Source: Patescibacteria group bacterium (GTDB lineage: Bacteria > Patescibacteriota > Minisyncoccia > Phycocordibacterales > UBA918). Taken from it: a DNA stretch of 52,231 bases. The stretch covers positions 1 through 52,231 of the forward strand of contig JBBTYP010000011.1 of assembly GCA_038061715.1 (NCBI GenBank). The letters run 5' to 3'. The number at the start of each line of letters is the position of its first letter. The first letter of the stretch is position 1. Of the stretch, positions 45,709 through 52,231 are shown piece after piece. A program made the translations under genes and the position numbers. The notes beneath the pieces were generated by a model that was not told where the DNA came from, ran no database searches, and was given only the letters and a program-made list of their open reading frames with translations.

Positions 45709-46782
45709 CTAAATGCCTTCTTCCTTAAGTTCTTCTATGAGCTTCTGAGCTTTGCGGGAGAGTTTTTTTGGGATTTCAATTGAGACTTTGACCATAAAAT
45801 CGCCGCGGCCACGTTCACTGGGGACACCCTTCTCCTTGATACGGATGAGTTCACCGTGAGCAATACCAGCTGGAATTTTAACTTCAAGGCTACCGTCTAA
45901 TGTCTCGACCCGATATGCACTGCCTAGTATGGCATCAGTGAGCTTAATCGGAAGATTTGTAGACAAAGTAGTGCCTTCACGGCGGATAGTCTTATGTGCC
46001 TCGACATGCACTTTGATATAGAGATCACCTGGCTGGCCAGCGCTTTGGGCCTCACCGCGTCCAGTCATGCGTATAACTTCGCCATTTTGGATGCCAGCTG
46101 GCACTTTGATGGAAATTTCTTCTTGAGTGCGAGCAACCCCTGCCCCACGGCAGTGTTCACATTTTTCTTTGGGAATCTTACCGGTACCATTACAGTCGGA
46201 GCATTCACGTACGGTTGAAAAACTGCCCATGACGCTTTGACGAGTTTCGCGCACTTTGCCATTACCGCCACAAGTATTACAAGAGATTTTTTCTGAGCCA
46301 GCTTTCGCTCCCGATCCGTTGCACTGTGCACAAGTGTTATTTTTGGTAAGAAGTACTTTACGGGTAATACCGAAGATAGATTCACTGAAGCTCAGGTTGA
46401 TGTCGATAGAAACATCGCGACCGCGCTCCTGCCTACGACCACCACCAAAGCCGAAGTTCTCGAAGATATCATTGAGATCAAACTCAAATCCGCCAGCACT
46501 AAAGCCGCCACCTTGTTGCGCAAAGTCGCCCCAATTAAAGCCGCCAAAACCACCAGCTCCTCCCCCACTATTGTTAAAGGCGTGTCCGTAGCTATCGTAT
46601 TCGGCCTTCTTTTTATCATCACTAAGAATAGCGTAGGCCTCGGTTACTTCCTTGTATTTCTCCTCATCACCACCTTGTTTGTCAGGATGGTATTTAGCCG
46701 CCATTTTACGAAAAGCTTTCTTGACCTCATCTTTCGATGAGCCCTTCTGAAGGCCTAGAATTTGATAGTAATCCTTATTCAT
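45709..46782 (-). CDS. dnaJ: Chaperone DnaJ
   Basis: J-domain HPD, G/F region, four CxxCxGxG repeats. Confidence 0.97.
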   Translation of the reverse strand: MNKDYYQILGLQKGSSKDEVKKAFRKMAAKYHPDKQGGDEEKYKEVTEAYAILSDDKKKAEYDSYGHAFNNSGGGAGGFGGFNWGDFAQQGGGFSAGGFEFDLNDIFENFGFGGGRRQERGRDVSIDINLSFSESIFGITRKVLLTKNNTCAQCNGSGAKAGSEKISCNTCGGNGKVRETRQSVMGSFSTVRECSDCNGTGKIPKEKCEHCRGAGVARTQEEISIKVPAGIQNGEVIRMTGRGEAQSAGQPGDLYIKVHVEAHKTIRREGTTLSTNLPIKLTDAILGSAYRVETLDGSLEVKIPAGIAHGELIRIKEKGVPSERGRGDFMVKVSIEIPKKLSRKAQKLIEELKEEGI

Positions 46783-46860
46783 GCTTAGTTATTTGTGCGT
46801 ATCATGGCATAAAGTAAGAAGTGGCGCAAACATGTGGTTTGCATCGCTTCCACCTTGCTA

Positions 46861-48726
46861 CTAGGCCTCGTGGACAGTCGGTTCGTCGTCTGACTTGGCT
46901 TCTTCTGGTTTAGCTTCAGCTGCTGCCGCCTGACTCATAATTTCTCCAATTTTTTGCATTGCGGTTGAGAGAGCCTCACTAGCAGATTCAATCGCCGCCT
47001 TATCTTCCCCATCCTTAGCTTCACGCACGGCTTTGATTTTTTCTTCTATCTCAGTTTTTACCTCAGCTGGGATGGCCGCCTCGTGTTCTTTCAAAGCTTT
47101 CTCAGCCGTGTAGGCTAATTGTTCTGCTAAGTTACGTGTTTCGATTAGTTCTTTTTTCTTTGCATCTTCTCCCGCATGATCTTCGGCGTCTTTTTTCATG
47201 CGTTCAATGTCGCTTTCAGAAAGACCCGAACTGGCCTCAATGCGGATCGATTGCTCTTTACCGGTAGTTTTGTCCTTAGCGGTTACTTTAAGCACACCGT
47301 TACTATCAACATCGAAGGTTACTTCTACTTGCGGAACACCGCGAGGGGCTGGGGGTATGCCGTCGAGGTTAAATTCTCCCAGGACTTTATTATCGCCAAA
47401 CATCGGCCGCTCACCTTGAGCAACACGAATCATGGTCGAGGTTTGGTTATCAGACGCGGTTGAAAAAACTTGGGATTTTTTGGTTGGAATGTGGGTGTTT
47501 TTTTCAATTAGTTTAGTGTTTACACCGCCCATAGTTTCGATACCGAGGGAAAGGGGTATGACATCAACCAGAGTGATGTCCTTGACGTCGCCTTGAAAGA
47601 TACCAGCTTGGATAGCAGCACCAAGAGCTACCACCTCGTCAGGATTAATGGTGCGATTGGGTTCTTTACCAAAGAGAGCTTTCACCGCGTTTTGAATAGC
47701 TGGCATGCGGGTTTGGCCACCGACAAGAATGATCTCGTCAATTTCTTCTTTTTTAAGTCCAGAAGCTTCTAGGGCGCGTTTGGTAATTTCGATAGATTTA
47801 TCGACGTACTCGTGAGAAATTTCCTCGAGTTTAGCCCTTGTGAGCTTTACATCCATATGGAGTGGTCCGTCAGAGCCTTGCGAAATAAACGGAATGTTGA
47901 TACCTGTTTCTGGGGTGCTGGAAAGTTCGTGCTTGGCTTTTTCGGCGGCCTCGTCAAGACGTTGCAATGCCAACTTATCCTTACCAAGATCAACACCATT
48001 ACTTTTCTTAAATTCTTCGATCAAAAAACGTACAATACCTTGGTCGATATCACGACCGCCCATGTGTGCATCGCCGTCGGTTGACATCACTTCAATCACA
48101 TCATCACCGACTTCAAGAACAGATATGTCAAAGGTTCCTCCACCAAAGTCAAAGACTACTATCTTCTCGTCCTTTTTCTTGTTAAAGCCGTAGGCCAAGG
48201 CGGCCGCAGTCGGCTCATTGATAATGCGCTTTACTTCTAAGCCGGCAATTTTACCAGCATCTTGAGTCGCCTTACGCTGTGCGTCATTAAAGTACGCCGG
48301 TACAGTAATAACAGCTTCGGTGATTTTCTCACCTAACTTAGCTTCTGCGTCGGCTTTAAGTTTTGAAAGTATCATCGCTGATGCTTCCTCGGGACGATAA
48401 TCCTTGCCGTCCATAGTGACCAAAACACCACCATCAGGGCCTTTTTTAATTTCGTAAGGCACAATTGCTTTGTCCTTCTGTACCACTTCTTCATCAAAAG
48501 TGTGACCCATGAAGCGTTTTATACCGTAGATAGTATTGGTCGGGTTGGTTACCGCTTGTCGTTTGGCGATTTGTCCTACCAGCCGCTCGTTGGTCTTTGA
48601 GATCGCCACAATCGATGGCGTTGTGCGGTTACCTTCGGTATTTTCAATAATAGTTGGTTCCCCTGCTTCGATAACTGCCATTGCAGAGTTAGTGGTTCCT
48701 AAATCGATTCCTAGAATTTTTGCCAT
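46861..48726 (-). CDS. dnaK: Chaperone DnaK
   Basis: [33 protein letters not shown]. Confidence 0.98.
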   Translation of the reverse strand: MAKILGIDLGTTNSAMAVIEAGEPTIIENTEGNRTTPSIVAISKTNERLVGQIAKRQAVTNPTNTIYGIKRFMGHTFDEEVVQKDKAIVPYEIKKGPDGGVLVTMDGKDYRPEEASAMILSKLKADAEAKLGEKITEAVITVPAYFNDAQRKATQDAGKIAGLEVKRIINEPTAAALAYGFNKKKDEKIVVFDFGGGTFDISVLEVGDDVIEVMSTDGDAHMGGRDIDQGIVRFLIEEFKKSNGVDLGKDKLALQRLDEAAEKAKHELSSTPETGINIPFISQGSDGPLHMDVKLTRAKLEEISHEYVDKSIEITKRALEASGLKKEEIDEIILVGGQTRMPAIQNAVKALFGKEPNRTINPDEVVALGAAIQAGIFQGDVKDITLVDVIPLSLGIETMGGVNTKLIEKNTHIPTKKSQVFSTASDNQTSTMIRVAQGERPMFGDNKVLGEFNLDGIPPAPRGVPQVEVTFDVDSNGVLKVTAKDKTTGKEQSIRIEASSGLSESDIERMKKDAEDHAGEDAKKKELIETRNLAEQLAYTAEKALKEHEAAIPAEVKTEIEEKIKAVREAKDGEDKAAIESASEALSTAMQKIGEIMSQAAAAEAKPEEAKSDDEPTVHEA

Positions 48727-48766
48727 GGTTATAAAATTAAAATTTAAAGTAAAAAGTGGGAAGTCA

Positions 48767-49363
48767 TTATTCGGTATATTCTCCTACTATTACGCGTGCG
48801 GGACGAATTACTTCCACTGTTCCATCAACATCCATCTCGTAGCCTTTTTGCAAAACTGCCGTGACCGTATCGTGCAACTTTTTTTCGTCGACAGGGGTCA
48901 AGCTGATTGCTTCGTGCTTGTGTGGGTCGAAGGTTGCTCCGTTGGGATTGATTGCTACAACCTTGTACGATTCTATTAATTTTTGTAGTTGGGTATGGAT
49001 TCCTTCAATTCCCTTGCGCCAATTATCGTCAGCTTTTTCCCACGTCTCTTTATCAGAGCGGGCCATTTCGAAGCTGTCGGCTAGAGGTAGAAGGGCCTCG
49101 ACGTGCTTTTTTGTAGAGCGGATTTTATCTTGGGCTCGCTCGTTTTCTAAACGCCGTTTGGCATTGAGGAAGTCCGCTCGCTCGCGAGCTGCTTCCTCCA
49201 TCACTTGTTGTTTCTCTTCAGTAATGCGAGCAATTTTTTCACGGAGCCGCTTCATTTTACTGGCTCCCAATGCCTCCTCGTCTGATAATTCAAGATCTTC
49301 TGATTCATGGTGGTCATCCTGTGTCATTTCAATTTCGTCTTCAAAATCATTTTCGTTCACCAT
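48767..49363 (-). CDS. grpE: Nucleotide exchange factor GrpE
   Basis: [26 protein letters not shown]. Confidence 0.95.
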   Translation of the reverse strand: MVNENDFEDEIEMTQDDHHESEDLELSDEEALGASKMKRLREKIARITEEKQQVMEEAARERADFLNAKRRLENERAQDKIRSTKKHVEALLPLADSFEMARSDKETWEKADDNWRKGIEGIHTQLQKLIESYKVVAINPNGATFDPHKHEAISLTPVDEKKLHDTVTAVLQKGYEMDVDGTVEVIRPARVIVGEYTE

Positions 49364-49371
49364 ACTAAGTC

Positions 49372-49400
49372 ATTATAAATCTAAAAGAGGGTGATGTCAA
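49372..49400 (-). promoter_or_regulatory. Perfect consensus sigma70 promoter of grpE-dnaK-dnaJ (leaderless)
   Basis: TTGACA-17 nt-TATAAT, 8 nt before ATG. Confidence 0.85.
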
Positions 49401-49476
49401 AATTGTGCAAATCTGGCAACTACAGATTAATTTTAAATTTTGTAAAGGTGGCAGGAATTTACAAAGGAGTAAAATA

Positions 49477-49665
49477 ATTAAGCACGATGAAAACCTCTAC
49501 GTTGTAGTTGTGCACGACCGCGAAGTCTATACGCAAGTAGTGACGACGGGTCAGTTCCTTGAGGCGTATGGCCTAGCCTACCGAAGAAGATTGTCAGTCG
49601 GTTCTTCAGGTACACATCGGTTTGTTCTGGATTACCCCAGTCAAACTGCATCAGAGCTGCAATAG
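49477..49665 (+). CDS. Small orphan protein, possible AUU start
   Basis: SD AAGGAG (49464-49469) 7 nt before in-frame ATT; terminator at 49707. Confidence 0.4.
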   Translation: MKHDENLYVVVVHDREVYTQVVTTGQFLEAYGLAYRRRLSVGSSGTHRFVLDYPSQTASELQ

Positions 49666-49706
49666 TGCTCTGTGCACAATGTGTATCGCTTCAACCACTG
49701 AACACA

Positions 49707-49736
49707 AAAGCCCGGTTAATACCGGGCTTTTGTTGT
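49707..49736. repeat. 30-bp direct repeat copy 1 (hairpin terminator)
   Basis: AAAGCCCGGTTAATACCGGGCTTTTGTTGT. Confidence 0.85.
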
Positions 49737-49799
49737 ATAAATTATATAAAAGAAATCGCCACGGGGGTCGTGGCGACCTCTGTGGCGGTTAGTTGTGTC

Positions 49800-50456
49800 T
49801 CAGAAACCAAATTCCTTTCTGAGACCAGTATTGTAAGACTCCAATTTGTTCATAACACTTATTGCAGTCTGTTGAATCTTGCTTGATCCAACGTGTAGGT
49901 GTGACATCAAGGTAAATAAAATGTCACGAGTTGTTTCAGGGTAGATGTCGTTATCAAGAATTCGTCTTATATCAGGCGGAAAGACAGAATCAGGTTTATT
50001 CCGTTGAGAAAATGACGGTTTCAAAATCTTGAACGACCAGGAATGCTCCACTGGTACATCATCCACAGTGTGCATAGCGATGGTTAGGTTCGCGTGAAGC
50101 TTGTGTGAGGTTCCGGTGTGACAGTACAGCGCAAGCTTTTTGATAATGAATGCAACATTGTTACTGCCGACAAGTACCACAGCCCTGCCACCGGCCGATG
50201 CCGAAAGTTTACCTTCATGCTTAGCTAGTACATCCGCAAGAAAAGGTATCATCACACCCCACATAACTTTTCCATACGCACAACCCCAACAGCGATGATT
50301 CTTGCCTCCAGCAAGTGCATTAGTGATCCAGTCCAATCCATCTCTCGCTAAAGAGGTAGGATCGGCGTTCGTGGCTGTAATTGATTGAATCTTTTCATCA
50401 TGCAATATTCTTTGCATGATCCAAACAGTTTCTGGCATGAGATCTTTTGATTTCAT
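49800..50456 (-). CDS. Hypothetical (orphan) protein
   Basis: 218 aa, SD GGGAG, own terminator ~49748-49780. Confidence 0.65.
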   Translation of the reverse strand: MKSKDLMPETVWIMQRILHDEKIQSITATNADPTSLARDGLDWITNALAGGKNHRCWGCAYGKVMWGVMIPFLADVLAKHEGKLSASAGGRAVVLVGSNNVAFIIKKLALYCHTGTSHKLHANLTIAMHTVDDVPVEHSWSFKILKPSFSQRNKPDSVFPPDIRRILDNDIYPETTRDILFTLMSHLHVGSSKIQQTAISVMNKLESYNTGLRKEFGF

Positions 50457-50592
50457 CGAACTTCTCCCGCTGGGATTTAGCCTCTATCTGCGTACATAAG
50501 AGCATATAACTTCTTACTGCACAACCTATTTAGTAATATCATTTTTTATTTGTCGAATATCGAATATTCAACAAATAAGGCTATTGAATATG

Positions 50593-50622
50593 AAAGCCCG
50601 GTTAATACCGGGCTTTTGTTGT
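50593..50622. repeat. 30-bp direct repeat copy 2
   Basis: Identical to 49707-49736. Confidence 0.85.
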
Positions 50623-50661
50623 GGTTGGTAATGAAACTGGCGCGGCTAAGCCGCGCCAGGT

Positions 50662-51042
50662 TTAGTTCTTGAGCGAATCAAGAAATTCCTTGATGTAGTA
50701 AGGTTCGACGTCTCGCCTTTTCAAATGAAAGGTGACGAAGGGAAATTTCTCATGAACCCTTTCCAGATCTATCCATTCGTGTCCGGTGGAATATCTAGAC
50801 TCACTACTGTGTAAAAGACAGGGTAGGTCTAGCTTAAATGCCCAGATACGATACACGATTTCATATCCCGAAACATAGGGCATCTGCACATCAGAAATAA
50901 CTGCGTCGAATTTCTCCTCACCAAGCAAGTCCTCAGCTAATCGACTATCATCAACCGCCTCAACCTGGTGTCCTAAGTCCTTGATTACCTTTTGGTACTT
51001 ACGGACTTGGTCGGGAATATCGTCAATTAGTAAAACTCGCAT
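50662..51042 (-). CDS. Single-domain response regulator (REC)
   Basis: VLLIDD, ISDVQMP phospho-Asp, conserved S and K; SD GAAGGA. Confidence 0.85.
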   Translation of the reverse strand: MRVLLIDDIPDQVRKYQKVIKDLGHQVEAVDDSRLAEDLLGEEKFDAVISDVQMPYVSGYEIVYRIWAFKLDLPCLLHSSESRYSTGHEWIDLERVHEKFPFVTFHLKRRDVEPYYIKEFLDSLKN

Positions 51043-51265
51043 AATATTTTCCTTCCGTGCCTAGTAAAGCATTTAAAATCAGAAAGTAAAAGACTATTTG
51101 TCCAACACCGAGTGTTGGACAAAAATATCAGGACATAGAATTAAGAAAAGTATTTTCCTGTCAATATCTCTGCCCATTTACGAAGTGTAAGTATATAAAA
51201 GAGAAAGGACTCGACCGTTTTATTGATCAAGTCCTTTTTTCGCTGTGGCGGGGTGGTTTCCTTGG

Positions 51266-51424
51266 TTAGCTCTGGCCTCTTACCATAAGGAATCCCATGT
51301 CGATGGTAAATAAAACAAGAGCTATCGCTGGAAGTTTGAAAAAGAAAATTTCCATCCAATCAATCGGCGGCTTCAGGCGAAATGTCACTGTTTCGAAGCG
51401 CCGCCTTCTAAAGAACTTCTTCAT
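51266..51424 (-). CDS. Small orphan membrane protein
   Basis: SD GGAG before ATG 51424, basic N-terminus plus one TM, terminator ~51235-51260. Confidence 0.5.
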   Translation of the reverse strand: MKKFFRRRRFETVTFRLKPPIDWMEIFFFKLPAIALVLFTIDMGFLMVRGQS

Positions 51425-51673
51425 GTGAATCTCCACTAAAATTTCTGAATGGGACAAGAATCGCTATGCAATAATAGGATGGATATCTGCAAAAGTCAAG
51501 TTTTACAAATGTAAAAAGAGCCACCTTGAGAGTATTTCTTTTCTTTAGTCACTTTGATATCAAAACGTTAGATATTGAATGTTGCGCGAGGCGCAGAACA
51601 AAAAAACCGCGACTCGGACAAATTGTCCAGAGAGCGGCCTTTTTGTTAACGCAGCGATGCGCAGCGCCAATAG

Positions 51674-52084
51674 CTATCGTTTAGACCAGGCCGGTCGTTT
51701 GCGGGCCTTCCTAAGTCCAAACTTCTTTCTCTCAACTGAACGTGGATCACGCTTGAGGAATCCAAGGAGCTTAAGTGGAGAGCGGCGTTCCGCCTTTTCT
51801 TTCACGAGCGCTCGAGCGATACCAAGTCGGATAGCTTCAGCTTGAGACGAGATACCACCACCGTTTACATGAGCGGTAATGGTGTAGTCTTCTATACCAG
51901 CATCTTGTGTTCCTAGTACTGAGGTGACGTCATTCTGGAGTGCAATAGCGGTGAAGTATTCCTTCAAAGGCTTATCGTTTACTACAATAGTCGTCTCCTT
52001 GGCTGGAGTAAGGCGCACGCGAGCGGTAGCGGTCTTTCTACGTCCGATACCTTCTACGTATACTCCTGTTTTTGTGGCTGCCAT
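51674..52084 (-). CDS. rpsI: 30S ribosomal protein S9
   Basis: GRRKTATARV, GGGISSQAEAIRLGIARAL, ERKKFGLRKARKRPAWSKR. Confidence 0.97.
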   Translation of the reverse strand: MAATKTGVYVEGIGRRKTATARVRLTPAKETTIVVNDKPLKEYFTAIALQNDVTSVLGTQDAGIEDYTITAHVNGGGISSQAEAIRLGIARALVKEKAERRSPLKLLGFLKRDPRSVERKKFGLRKARKRPAWSKR

Positions 52085-52088
52085 ACGC

Positions 52089-52231
52089 TTATTCGGTGAT
52101 TACTAATTTGAGTAAAAGAGGCTTCTTGTGCTTGTTGGTTGGAAGCATACCGCCGATGGTGCGCTTCAAAACCTCAGCATAACCAAGACGCTTTCCTAGG
52201 TGATCTAAAGTTTCAGTGCGTCGTCCGCCTG
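52089..52231 (-). CDS. rplM: 50S ribosomal protein L13, C-terminal part (5' truncated by window)
   Basis: GGRRTETL...EVLKRTIGGMLPTNK...LVITE*, immediately upstream of rpsI. Confidence 0.9.
   Translation of the reverse strand, partial: GGRRTETLDHLGKRLGYAEVLKRTIGGMLPTNKHKKPLLLKLVITE

Noticed and set aside
36199-49394. Long antisense ORFs (e.g. 36199..36804, 44674..45279, 48861..49394; also 8108..8617, 12570..13088)
   Set aside because: They lie opposite well-conserved genes with no motifs or initiation signals
49364-49460. CIRCE/HrcA operator before grpE-dnaK-dnaJ
   Set aside because: No TTAGCACTC-N9-GAGTGCTAA; a plain consensus promoter abuts the ATG

Overview
This window is a 52-kb stretch of a small-genome bacterial chromosome using genetic code 11. 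The gene set and style (ND-type AspRS, short GluRS, ScpAB, single Xer, mostly leaderless genes) suggest Patescibacteria/CPR, probably Parcubacteria such as Ca. Kaiserbacteria; this is an inference. Most of it is housekeeping genes (truB, rmuC, rplU, recR, dnaB, cysS, ctpA-like, rplI, rpmA, pgi, murI, gltX, murG-ftsW-mraY, scpAB, pepA, aspS, trpS, grpE-dnaK-dnaJ, rplM-rpsI), interspersed with about a dozen self-contained orphan genes. Gene orientation converges on 23.5-25 kb, where a lone Xer recombinase sits next to a symmetric 11-6-11 dif-like site. The strongest unannotated signals are: (1) a minimal T-box riboswitch before aspS, with an ultrashort K-turn Stem I, a GAC specifier and a UGGC-ACC antiterminator; (2) a candidate signalling module of EamA exporter, 10-Cys membrane protein, unknown enzyme and multi-TM histidine kinase; (3) a family of ~125-bp ERIC-like palindromic elements, one of them translated in frame inside TruB; (4) a classic 1:2/2:3/3:4 leader-peptide attenuator before a RimL-like GNAT; (5) three tandem small RNA/peptide transcription units between scpA and scpB; and (6) an orphan gene bracketed by an exact 30-bp direct repeat. 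No rRNA, tRNA, CRISPR array or transposase was found. All calls come from reading the sequence, with no database searches.
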